Origin: Amoebophrya sp. A120
Taxonomy: Eukaryota > Protista > Dinoflagellata
DNA length: 60,621 bases
Direction of reading: 5' to 3'
Assembly: GCA_905178155.1 (NCBI GenBank)
Contig: CAJINV010000026.1
Span: forward strand, 1-60,621
Part shown: piece after piece, positions 36,801 through 47,837 of the stretch
Layout of the letters: each line of letters opens with the position of its first letter
Numbering within the stretch: position 1 is the stretch's first letter
Translations under genes and position numbers: made by a program
The notes under the pieces: generated by a model
Seen by the model: only the letters and a program-made list of their open reading frames with translations
Databases searched by the model: none
Told to the model about the DNA's origin: nothing

Positions 36801-39800
36801 TTAGTTCTCCCACTTGATGCCCCGCTGCATCCTCAAGCGTTTTTCTCCGCAAGACTAGGTCTAAGCAGTCTATCGGCACCGGGTCCATGTTGTAATCGAA
36901 CTTGTTCCCGGTCCAATGCGGCATCTGTGCGATCTATCGCAAGAAAAAACTGTTTCACTGTAAACTTGTAATGCAGAAACTGCATCTCAGAAGTGTTTGT
37001 CTTGCTACACATGCAAGACAGGCGATTTTTAGCTGTGTTTTCCCTTAGGAACCTCGCATGCCAAGTTTTCCCTGTCATGTGTAACGAACTTGTCATGCCA
37101 AACTTGCAAAATCCTTACAGTGAAACACTCTTTTCGTACGATACGATCCAGGGAAGATCTAAAGCGCCGTAGGTACAGGATTTTCGAATGTACTTCCCGT
37201 GGGGCTTATGCAATAAAAATTTGTTCCCGTACTTCTACACGACGCACAAACAAAGTGCATGACAAACTCGCTCCGCCAAACTTTGTCATGCAGAAGCTGC
37301 ATATGCATTTGCACCTGTGCGGGAACGGGATAAAATTTCCTCTGGATAACATTTGGGATTCGCGATGACATTGACCCTTTCCATCAAGTATCAAATGCAA
37401 AAGCATCGCACTCGTACTAATCGCAGTCATGCATTACAAATCTTTTTCTTGAGGCAAATCCGCATTACAAACTTTATTTCTCACGCTGAGGAAATTTGTG
37501 ATGCATTTATACGAGTACGATACTTTTGCACAGGATATCAAGTACGGATCGCTGTTGACGTTGAAGGTGCCGATGAAAGTGGTAAAAAAGCCCTTGTTCT
37601 GGACTACCGCCATCTCGTCGTCGTTCCAGTTGAACAAAAACCGCAAGACGTAGTTGTAGAGAAATTTCACTGGCAGGTATTTCGCCTGCGTTTGCACTTG
37701 GTCGTACGTCTTCGCGTACACAGCCTTCGTCATCGCCCGGTCCTCCCAGTTATACAGATGCGACCTGGATTTCAGCTCCGACAGGTCGTAATCTCTGTGC
37801 GGGTATGCGTTGCAAAAGTGTCTGGGTCATGTGGAAACTTGTGATGCTGGGTGGCGTATCATGAGGAGCCCACAACTGCTGGCTCACCATGACAATTTTC
37901 TGAGCTTCTAGGTGTTGCCTATTTTTCTGCACGACAAACTGCGTTTCTGCGTGACAGAAAACTGGGGCTCTTGTGTAACGTGCATGACACATTTATATTA
38001 CGAGTCATGAAAGACAAAGACAAGCATGACAAAAATGCATCCTTTCAGACCCAGACATATTTGCACTTGATAGCGGGGGGAAGGATCCGGGGACGGTCGG
38101 ATAGTGCCGGATTAAAGTGCCCCAGAAGCTTTCGTCGGATTCGTAGTGGAGTTTGGTCCAGTTCAGAAATTTTTGTACCTGGAAATCCTCTTGCATAAAG
38201 GTAACCGTCACCTTGCTGAGTGCGTAATAGGCCGAACCGGCAAAATATCCACAAAAAAACAACCATCCCCATCCAATTTGTCGTGCAAAGCATGAGCGAC
38301 GTCCTGTGTTTGTGATGCATAAAATGGATGGAGATGGTTGTTTTTTCCTGGATACAAAAACGCCGGTGTCTTTTCCAAACGGACTGCCCCACCAGTCGCG
38401 TCGGCCGTTGCCTCGCTCGGGAGCGGCAGTGTCGTGAAAAATGAAGCTCGTGTCCGTGTAGCTGGTTTCAGTGAAGATTGGCAGATGAAAATTTGAATTC
38501 TAGTATCCCTGGAGAAATTTCTTCCCGTGGACGCAAGAACTGGAGGAATTCTTAATTGGTCATCTCCCTGTAAGTCTAAAACTATACGAAAAGCTACACT
38601 GTAGTATGCCTCTTCGCTATATGCAGACGACCGGGTAAGTAAATCTTTGAGGCCAAGAAGCACCCAACGCAAACTCGCTCTTTTCGCATGCCGCTTTGAG
38701 AGTTCGCAAAAGAACGCGCTCGGAACAGGCAACACAAGTATAATTAGATACCTGTTCTGCGCCCCCGCTTTCGCGATTTCCCTTTCCGCTGCAGATTTTG
38801 ATGCAGCCCCCGACGACGTCTTCAGGAATTTCAGGTGCGAAAAAAACGCTCTCCAGTCCTGGTCCAGCAAATGCGCCTGTTTTTTCTTCTCCGCGCAGAT
38901 TTTCTCCTGCATGCAATTTATCCTAATGAAAAACGTCCCCACCCCAGAGTCAAGATGGGGATTTTGCAACACAAACCTTCAAGTTTTGGGAGCCACGCAT
39001 GACAAATTGCTAGCTGTACTAGTGTAGTGCAGTTTGGAACAGGGAAGTCGCATTACAAATCCATCTGCTTATCCTGTTTACAGCATTACAAGTTCCAAAG
39101 CACGATCGGGAATGCCTATCATGGGGATGCGCATTACAAACGCTCTTGCGCTTGCAGATCTCCATTACAACTCTGGGGTGGGGATGCTTTTACACAGGAT
39201 ACAATTCCGCTCTGCATCGATGGCCCTCTGCACGAAGTCCTTCACCCGCCAGGTTTCCCGGACGCGCCACAGCTTGTTTTCCTCCACGTTCATATCCACA
39301 CTGTAGGTCTAATGAGAGTGCACACGTCCCCCTCCTCCTCATTTGTCAGTATTGCATGAACAGCAATACAAACACCAGCACACGTGGTGCCTGTGCATGA
39401 CAAATTCATTCGCCTAGTGTGGTACTGTTTGGGCTTTCGGCAACATCTGTCATGCAAAGAGTGCCATAGGGAAGCACTTGGATTAGGTATTTTGCATGAC
39501 AAATGAGGGGGAGGGGGAGCAGCTGTGCACTCTCATATGTCTCCGCCCGCCCGTTTAACGCTTTCAGGTCCCGAACTTTCTGCAAGTTCGTTTTCAGGGG
39601 TATTACAATGAAAAATGCCTCCTCCTCATATCAAAACGGAAATCTGTGATGCAGATTTGTGGTCACAAATCAGCTTTGTGATGCTAGAAGGCAAAAGATG
39701 CGGACCGTAGTGCTGCCTAGCGTGGGAAAGCCTTGCAGCTCCAGGATGACAGGAGGCAACGAACTGGAAGTGGAAAGCAGCATGACAGATTACCTGCAAT

Positions 39801-42535
39801 TTAGGCCGCAGCTTCGTTTCTTGGCCTTCTAGCAATACAAGTCCATTTGTGTACTCAAATACAGCATCACAAATTCGCGCATCTTCCGTTTCCGATATGG
39901 GGTGGGGGCTTTTTTCAGTTTGATAAGGGGGTAGTCCTGTCCACAGAGGTTCAGCACATACTTGTAGTCGAACTTCCGCAAATCCTGCAGACACCGCATG
40001 TCCGCCTCCACGCGCGTCCAACTCACGTAGTAAACGCCAACCGGGTCTGATGCGAGAAACGTGTTGCGCTTTTGATGTTCCATCTGGTGAAGCTCCTGCA
40101 GGTCGTTCTTGGCGTCAAAATTGGTGGTGCTTCTACCCGGGTCGTAGTAGTTCGCCGCTATCCTGTGCAAAAGTATCGTATTCGTACTAATTGCATTTAT
40201 GCATTACAAATCTTTTTGTTAAGGCAAATCCGCATTACAAATTCAATTTGTAATGCTAATCCAATTTGTAATGCAATTTATACTAGTACGATGCTTTTGC
40301 AATTCATAGCCGCTAAATTCAAGCAGTGGACCAGTGCTCTCACCTGATTCCGTATCCTGAGCAAAAACGTCCCCACCCCATAGTTGTCATGTGGATTTGC
40401 ATCCACAGAAACATTTGTAATGCGGGTCCCCATGAGAGGCATATGCATATCTAGTCGCGTTTTGGGATTTCTAATGCTGTAAGCAGGATGAGCAGACGGA
40501 TTTGCGATGCGGCTGTCCTTACGAACCCGCCCTACCCTACGCACTGCAACTTGTCATGCGCGGCCCCCAAAACTTCTAGATTTGTGTTGGTAAGTTTCCA
40601 ACTTGACCATGGGATGAGGACGGTTTTACGCAGGATATTCCGGAACTCTTCGTCGGCCTTGATGTCCACGTGTACGCAGTATATCAGATGTAAAAATGTC
40701 TGGGTCTGGAAGAATGCAACCTGTCATGCTAAATCTGAAGCATGCAAAAATCTGTGTTGCATGATTACCAAACGTCGTCCAGTTTTGACCAAGTCGGGAG
40801 GGAGTTTCTCATGCAGGATAGGCATGACAGAGATCGCGCAGAATCTGTCATGCTAGGTCCCGCACTCCAGACCTCATGGGTCATACAAAAGCTGCATGAC
40901 AAGTCGCGCACTCTTCCAGACCCAGACACTTTTACATTTGATACAGTAGTAGTTCTGACGGTGCCAGATGGCGCGCAACAGCCTCTCGACCTGGCCAATG
41001 TGCTTGTGAACGAGCAGAATGTAAGCTAAGGTATGGCTTGCTCAAGCGTTACAATCTCAAACGTTACGATAGAATCTGGATTTTGTCTTGCATGAAGACA
41101 ATGAGGAACGCACACAGGATTGAGCTTTTCGCAATACAAATCTCGCCGGGTTGTAGGTGGGTTTGGGGCTCCAAAACTTGTCATGCGCAATCCTTTGGAA
41201 GGAGGCTAGCTTATGCGCTCTTGGATCACAGATTTCCATATTCTATTGTAATGGTTGAGATTGCAACAGCTGAGCGGGTCATATAAGGGGAACTGCTTTT
41301 CTTCCTCGGAGAACGGGGAATCGAGATAGTAGTATCCTGAGAAAAAAGTGTTACAGTTACACACTCTGATGGCAGACAAGCAAGACAGACAAACTCTGTC
41401 ATGCAGGAAACGCTTGCCAACCTCATTTCATTCGTGTTTTCCCCTATAGTCTGCGCATCACAGGTTTGATTTGCCATGTCGAGCAACTTTGTGATGCAGA
41501 AAATCCAACAAATGTGTAACGGTAACACTTTTTTCTCGCGATAAGTAGCCGCGGTTCTTGACCCAGTCGAAGCACTGCTGTTTGACAGTGTGGGTGGAGA
41601 GAGCACTCCCAGGATTGGAATTTGTGATGCTCGTGATGACATCGGTGAGAAAACTCAGGTCGAGAGGAGAGCTGTCAACATGTTCAGCAGGGGGTCGCAT
41701 GGCAGAGGACATTGGTCTTGCGCCGGACGAAGATAACGACGAAACAGCTTTTTCCCTAGCTTGCCTCCGATAGCTTTCCAATTTGCTCGTGAAAGCCGTA
41801 TTTTTCTCCAGCTGAGTGTGGGAGTCTCAGGAGTGAAATCGTCAGAGTTGAAATAACTTGCAATGCATAAAATCGATACCAGTTGGAAGCCCAATTTCCA
41901 AGCGGCACATGACAAATTTCGGCACCGTCTAAACCCAGTTTGTCATGCTGTTTAGGGATAGAAGGCGTCTTTTGTCATGCTACTTTAGCAGCTCTATCGC
42001 AGACCCCAAATAACAGGCGGACTGTCGGCCTCACTTGCCATCCCTGCAAGAGAGGCGCGTCATGTCTTGCAATTTATGCATGAGAAATCATTTCAACTTT
42101 GACGATTTCAATCCTGACACTTCCATACTGAGCAGTATGGGATAAAAAATTCGCCTCCGTGACTGGCACTTCCGTGAGCGGCCTGCAGATCTCCGTGTAG
42201 AAAGGATTTTTGTCGAATAGCGACGCTGTTGTACTAGCGGCAGCCGAAGATGATGGTTTCTTACCCGCTGGCTTCGACGCACCGATGAAATCTTCCTTCG
42301 CCTTTATCACCGCTTCGTTGTCGTGCGCCCCCGCGCGGAAAAGCTTGTGGAAGCGACTTCCGGAGGGGAGTGGCGCTTCGCGGTTGTCAGCATCTTCGGT
42401 GCTGAGCCGAGAAGTGAGAATGTGGAAACAAGAGATAATGGTGAAAATCAGGCAGAACCGCTTCCGGACAGGTCGGTGCTCGGCGGAGAAGAAGAGCGCT
42501 GTGACTGCGGAGGCGGATGCGGCACAGCGCGGCAT
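36801..42535 (-). CDS. Core-2/I-branching beta-1,6-N-acetylglucosaminyltransferase (GT14, GCNT-like); at least 14 introners
   Basis: Spliced motifs FPLAYILLVHK, RLLRAIWHRQNYYCVHVD, YVSWTRVEADMRC, KYVLNLCGQDYPLKTN, FAGSAYYALS, ESDESFWGT, CHGKYIRKSCTYGALDL and NKFD follow the GCNT order. One junction (~38500-38750) is unresolved. Confidence 0.92.
36935..37143. mobile_element. TIR introner, family D
   Basis: Family D TIRs; perfect DR CGATC. Confidence 0.93.
37207..37348. mobile_element. TIR introner, family J
   Basis: TATGCAATAAAAATTT...AAATTTCCTCTGGATA; DR lost; 5-nt rule gives NPKC|HGKY. Confidence 0.8.
37389..37537. mobile_element. TIR introner, family C
   Basis: Family C TIRs; perfect DR TCAAG. 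Confidence 0.92.
37804..38072. mobile_element. TIR introner, family A
   Basis: Family A TIRs; perfect DR GCGGG. Confidence 0.92.
38246..38354. mobile_element. Short TIR introner, family G (109 bp)
   Basis: TATCCACAAAAAAACAACCATCCCCATCCA...TGGATGGAGATGGTTGTTTTTTCCTGGATA; perfect DR CAAAA. Confidence 0.92.
38919..39201. mobile_element. TIR introner, family B
   Basis: Family B TIRs; perfect DR CAATT. Confidence 0.92.
39311..39537. mobile_element. TIR introner, family E
   Basis: Family E TIRs; DR GGTCT/TGTCT. Confidence 0.9.
39601..39925. mobile_element. TIR introner, family F
   Basis: TATTACAATGAAAAATGCCTCCTCCTCATATC...GATATGGGGTGGGGGCTTTTTTCAGTTTGATA; perfect DR AGGGG; splits DYPL|KTN. Confidence 0.92.
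40159..40308. mobile_element. TIR introner, family C
   Basis: Family C TIRs; perfect DR GCCGC. Confidence 0.92.
40353..40637. mobile_element. TIR introner, family B
   Basis: Family B TIRs; perfect DR TTCCG. Confidence 0.92.
40682..40943. mobile_element. TIR introner, family A
   Basis: Family A TIRs; perfect DR CAGTA; splits YYC|VHVD. Confidence 0.94.
41032..41283. mobile_element. TIR introner, family H
   Basis: TATGGCTTGCTCAAGCGTTACAATCTCAA...TTGAGATTGCAACAGCTGAGCGGGTCATA; perfect DR TAAGG; splits FPL|AY. Confidence 0.9.
41333..41543. mobile_element. TIR introner, family D-like
   Basis: TATCCTGAGAAAAAAGTGTTAC...GTAACACTTTTTTCTCGCGATA; perfect DR AGTAG. Confidence 0.92.
41817..42127. mobile_element. 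TIR introner, family I
   Basis: Long TIR (GAAATCGTCAGAGTTGAAAT...ATTTCAACTTTGACGATTTC); perfect DR CTGAG; related to 53485-53791. Confidence 0.9.
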
Positions 42536-42645
42536 GATCGTTCTTGCTGACGCGGCGCACTAGCTCGCGGTCGTGACCACCTCCAGGCTATACTTGCGAC
42601 GAACGTGTCACCTTAGATATTTATAAGTGCCGTCGTGTCTGCCCC

Positions 42646-44157
42646 CTATCGAAGCAACCGCGTCGCCCGTACCACGCGCTTTCCGAACAGCCTCTCCCAC
42701 CAGATAGTTGCACGTCTGGCTAGCCGCACGGATGATATGTCAGCTCCACTGGTGACGTCGCTTCTGCCGCCTTCACTGGCAAATAGCACCGTAGGGGTCG
42801 TGAGCCACTTGGTGTCAATCACCCAGCTCCCGTCGATGTGCGAGGGCTCTGATTTTTCGTTGTAGGTCAGAATCTTTCTCTTATTCTCCCGCTCCCACTT
42901 GCCAATCTGCTTTGCATTGAAAAAAAAGTCCTCAGGGTCTTTCACGCCGCCGCCACCACCACTGTACGCTCCAAATTCATCCATCAGGTGGAGTGCGAGC
43001 AAGGTTTCGCTGGCGTCAATCACTTTTACCGGTGGGAGATTTTTCGCGACGGACTTCTCTGTTCCAGCCGTCAAACCTGAGAAAGGCAGGTAGTTATCGT
43101 AGATCACCCGGCCGATGACAAGCTCACCGATGATCGGATCTTTTAGCAGCCAGTTTTGCACCGCAGATCTAGAAACGACGAAATAATCGCAGGCATCAGG
43201 GCGGAAAAGCTCGCCTTTCGTCTGAATCAGGTGGTGGAGTTCGTGACTTTTCTTGGACGAGGAACCTGATGCTGCAGCTGCGTCTGTAGTAGCTGACTGA
43301 CCTTCCGCTATCACCGTGTAGTCCGCAAGTGGCAAATTGGTTCTCCTTCCTACAATCAGGAAGTTCTTGTTCCGCCCCTGGTCGACAGTGTTCGACGAAC
43401 GCAGCTGCGCTTCCTCCAAATCCGCAACCGTCGCTACGGTTTGTAAAAACGAAGTGTCAGATATCCACAGTAAATTTCTCGCACACGTACAAAAACAAAT
43501 GTGGTTTCTGCAAAAACAAACTCTTCTTCCAATCCTATTAAGCATGACAAGTTGCATGCTCCAACTTGGTAAAAATTGTCATGCATTTTGTACATGTACA
43601 GGAAATTTGTATTGCATATCAAAAAGAATGTCCGAGTTCGCGAAGGTGTAGGTGTCTGCGTTCGGCGCGATTTCCAGCGCTTTTTCGAAGATGGATTTTA
43701 CGTAAATTGCGCCAAACTGGTTCTTCTTCGGGATGTAATCTTTCAGCTTGATATTATCTGCATCATCAGGAGCTGGTGGAGCATTCCCATATGTTTGGCC
43801 ACGAACATCGTCCTCTAGAGTGACAACCTTGATTCGGTGGCGACCGCTGGTTCGCGCCGTAGCGTCCTCTAGAGCCTTTCTTCCGTCAGTGCAGATTTGC
43901 CGTATCTTCTTGTGCGCGTCACTCCGATTTGGCCTCGAATCCTTGACAACGATGAGGACGTGCAGTAGCTCGCTTTTCAACCGGGCTAGAAATGGTGGAG
44001 TAGTCGCGCTGCTTCCTCCACCCGGGAAACCGTAGTACCCGTAGCCGTGCTCAAGAACTACAGACTGCGATTTTTTACGCAAAACCAAACGCAAACAGTC
44101 AAAAAGAATGATGAAGGACGCGAAAAAACCGGTGCAGACTTTGGAGAGTCTGCGCAT
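42646..44157 (-). CDS. Putative GT-A-fold glycosyltransferase-like protein; 1 introner
   Basis: N-terminal hydrophobic anchor; motifs FANSDILF, FLIVGRRTN, DYFVV, VIGRVIYDNYL, VIDASETLLALH; ILFD|TSFL joined in frame. Confidence 0.7.
43462..43618. mobile_element. TIR introner, family J
   Basis: TATCCACAGTAAATTTC...GAAATTTGTATTGCATA; DR TCAGA/TCAAA; opposite orientation to 37207-37348. Confidence 0.88.
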
Positions 44158-44629
44158 TTGATACAACGAGGACTTCTCCTAGCGGCCCATGCTTTTCTTT
44201 TCCAGACACTCGGACTCCTTCAACATGGTACTACATTCCGTCTCTCATGCAGATGCAGATTTCCGTGCCTGCTTTGAATTTGATGCGCACTGATCTGTCA
44301 TCCACCGAATCCAACCCAGATCGGAAAATTAGCAAAGCAACTAGAGCCAAGATGATGGAACGCGGTGGGGGTAGTTGTCACGGAAGTCGGGACAGAAGGT
44401 TTGTATCAGTTGGGTGTGAAAGCTTGCCATGCGTATGGAACTTCCATGGGGTTGTCGTCTTTCAGGAGTTTCCGTGATTTTTTTCCGCGCTGCTGCATTT
44501 AGCGACACAATTCTGGCGGCCCCCCAGGCGTCGCGATGAGCCTACTTGGGGGGGGGGCTGGGGGGGTATGTAAAATTAGGCGCATGGCGCCGCATCAAGC
44601 AGGTGCGGAAACCTACCACAGAACTCCGA

Positions 44630-44742
44630 CAAGGAGTTGCTTGTCAAGGAGTTGCTTGTCAAGGAGTTGCTTGCCAAGGAGTTGCTTGTCAAGGAGTTGC
44701 TTGTCAAGGAGTTGCTTGTCAAGGAGTTGCTTGTCAAGGAGT
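44630..44742. repeat. 15-bp tandem repeat (CAAGGAGTTGCTTGT), about 7.5 copies
   Basis: Read directly from the sequence. Confidence 0.97.
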
Positions 44743-45452
44743 GCGACCCGAGTGCGACCCGAGTGCGACCCGAGTGCGACCCGAGTGCGACCCGAGTGCG
44801 ACCCGAGTGCGACCCGAGTGCGACCCGAGTGCGACCCGAGTGCGACCCGAGTGCGACCCGAGTGCGACCCGAGTGCGACCCGAGTGCGACCCGAGTGCGA
44901 CCCGAGTGCGACCCGAGTGCGACCCGAGTGCGACCCGAGTGCGACCCGAGTGCGACCCGAGTGCGACCCGAGTGCGACCCGAGTGCGACCCGAGTGCGAC
45001 CCGAGTGCGACCCGAGTGCGACCCGAGTGCGACCCGAGTGCGACCCGAGTGCGACCCGAGTGCGACCCGAGTGCGACCCGAGTGCGACCCGAGTGCGACC
45101 CGAGTGCGACCCGAGTGCGACCCGAGTGCGACCCGAGTGCGACCCGAGTGCGACCCGAGTGCGACCCGAGTGCGACCCGAGTGCGACCCGAGTGCGACCC
45201 GAGTGCGACCCGAGTGCGACCCGAGTGCGACCCGAGTGCGACCCGAGTGCGACCCGAGTGCGACCCGAGTGCGACCCGAGTGCGACCCGAGTGCGACCCG
45301 AGTGCGACCCGAGTGCGACCCGAGTGCGACCCGAGTGCGACCCGAGTGCGACCCGAGTGCGACCCGAGTGCGACCCGAGTGCCACCCGAGTGCCACCCGA
45401 GTGCCACCCGAGTGCCACCCGAGTGCCACCCGAGTGCCACCCGAGTGCCACC
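44739..45452. repeat. 11-bp minisatellite: (GAGTGCGACCC) x~58, then (GAGTGCCACCC) x~7
   Basis: Read directly; variant switch at 45377. Confidence 0.98.
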
Positions 45453-45553
45453 AATGCAAAACTTGAAGAGTCTGCGCATTTGATACAGCGAGGACCTCTT
45501 CTAGCAGCTCATACTTTTCTTTTCCAGACACTCCGCGTTCAGCATGGTACTAC
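45453..45553 (-). repeat. Diverged duplicate of the 5' region of the 42646-44157 gene
   Basis: Matches ~44131-44234 (GAGTCTGCGCATTTGATACA...TTTCCAGACACTC...CATGGTACTAC). Confidence 0.8.
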
Positions 45554-46629
45554 CTGGGAAACAAGATGACAACCAAAGAAGACCCAGATCAGAACCTGGA
45601 AAGGAAAAACATTTATATGTCTCTGTAGCCTGGAGAGAAATAGCCGTCTCCCCGCCCACGGTAGTGGTTTCGTGGTTGCACCACACACCAAGGCAACGTA
45701 CTGTAGTACGTATAAAAAGTTTGATGTGACAGGGCGCAGGGGCCTTGATAAAGTTCTCATTCTCAAAGAAATCGTATATAATTGCGGAAAAGTATTCTTG
45801 ATGTCCGTCGCGATGCGAGTCTGTGGCCGGGTTCTGGCCCTGTATTCGTGTTATTTCCCGTCTTTAACCTCTCGTGGGGGTTGGTTTTGCGTGCTGAAAA
45901 TAAAACCAGCTTCGTGTAGATCTTGCACAGTCCGTAGTTGTCTCTTTCTGACAACTGTATGGTTTCGATAAGATAATTCTGGTGGGTTCTGATTCTGAAA
46001 AGCTGTCTCGCTGTCGTTACAAGAACTTCAGCATACAGTTTTTGTTTTGCTTAATCTGATAAACCTGATATAAACACTTTCATTGCGCTGGTCGTGTAAA
46101 TAAAGTTTCAGCCGGCAGTTGTCAGAGGTGGTGAGAAACAAGCCTCTCCTCCTGCTTACAACTTCAATACTGGTCTGGGTTGCGGCATGAGGTTAAGGGT
46201 AGACAAGGGTGATAGGTAGTGTACAACTGGATAGTCATTGGTATTTGATGCCGCCGATAATTATCCTCCTCTACGTTATCTACTTGATAGCTGCTGCGTT
46301 TCATGATGATGCTGATGAAGCAACATGCTATTATTCCTCAATGAAACAAAAACTTCTCTCCGCGCAGTGTGAGGAGCAACCACTACACGAGAAAGAAGCT
46401 TGTAGCGGATGCAAAAGCAACACGTTCATGATGCTCGTCGCGCAAAATCTGAGCGGCACAACTTCAATATAGCCGGATGTGGTAAGTACAAGCTGCAGTC
46501 GTCTCGCTCTTGTTCACCTCGTGTCGCTGTTATAGTTTCGGTCGTGAAGATCGTTTTGGTATGAGTTGAGAACGAAGGTGCTGCACCCGATCCTGAAGGA
46601 CGATATCCTCTTGTTTCGGAAAACATGAC

Positions 46630-47185
46630 TTAAGCAGCCGCCGCCAACTTTTCGATGAATTCCTTCAATTTCGGCTCCGACGCGCCCTCAAACTTGTCAA
46701 ACTTCTGTCCGTCCTTGAAAAAGATGAAGGTTGGCATGCAGTTGATGTCGCACGCTTCCGCGGTGTCGCCGTTCTCATCGACGTCGACCTGGATATTTTT
46801 TGTTCAGGGATTTTTAGGCTTGCGTATAATGTGTTGTACGCATGACAAAATGAAAATCGTGGCATAGATATAGGCGGTTTTCGCATGACAAACTCACTAC
46901 AGCGTCTTCATCTGCATCATGCACATAGAACAGTTATGCCTACCGTGCATGACAGAATCGACTACACGCGCTCGTGCGTTTTGTTTCCAGCAACACAAAC
47001 TCAATTCCAGGTTGTATCAATACCTTGCAGAACGCCACGTTGGTGTATTGTTCCGCCATTTTGACGAAGACCGGGCCGATCATCTGGCACGGCCCGCACC
47101 AAGTTGCCGTGAAGTCCACAGCGACGAGTTTGTTGCCGGCGAGGAAGGAGTCGAACTCCTCTTTAGTCGCGAGCTGCTTCACCAT
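46630..47185 (-). CDS. TRX: Thioredoxin (106 aa, two exons)
   Basis: VDFTATWCGPC active site; FCK|VDVDE joined across GT-AG intron 46789-47023; MPTFIFFKDG motif. Confidence 0.96.
46789..47023 (-). other. GT-AG intron with introner relics
   Basis: CAAG|GTATTG...ATATCCAG|G; near-DR CCTGG/CCTTG; several GCATGACA motifs inside. Confidence 0.85.
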
Positions 47186-47837
47186 TTTGAACAAAAACTG
47201 TTCTTCCGTTGCTGACACTACGCTAGTTTTGTCTTGCTGCTTGATGCAGAACGTTGATTTTTCCCACAGCTAATATCTTCAAGTTCGAAATTGTTTTTAA
47301 TCACTTTTGATTTTGTCGAAAACGGAAACAGAGCTATGATCTGAACTTTGCTTTCACGAGGCCTGATGCTGGTTGCAGTGGATGTTGGGTTGGTACGTGG
47401 CGGGGGTTCTTGACACAAATGGTAGCTCAAACAAGCGGTGTGCACATTGAAAAAACAAAATGTAGTGACCACTTGGTCACGACGTCCCATATCTACACGA
47501 AATTCCTGAGGATCTTGTCTTGCATCGTTGTTGCCGATTGGCAATGGAGGCACCACCCAGTTGTAATTGTATTAGTGCTTTACAGCAACTCCATTGTCTT
47601 CTGCACATCAATTTGAGATTAAGTAGGGATCCTCTGCGCAGCTTGCTTTAACGGCCTATAATTACTGGTTTCATCTTGCAATTCGCACAACTCGAACACC
47701 ATCTTATGCACCTTTTTCTAGGTCTCCAGCTAACTGACCATCCTTTTCATCCCTAGGTAGGGGCACTGTAGGAATCTAGGTGAGCGGCCGCTGGGTTTGT
47801 TCTCCATACCATGCAGAATTCCCCAGGTAGGCGCATT

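Noticed and set aside
30496-42127. Recurrent GTCTGGGTCTGGAAG motifs as a CRISPR-like array
   Set aside because: The repeats come in inverted pairs around related internal sequence, with 5-bp DRs and exons between them. Spacing is irregular and there are no cas genes.
44739-45452. 11-mer array as a telomere
   Set aside because: It is internal and unlike TTAGGG/TTTAGGG-type repeats.
44536-45569. 265-315-aa ORFs in all six frames
   Set aside because: Produced by stop-free 11- and 15-bp repeats.
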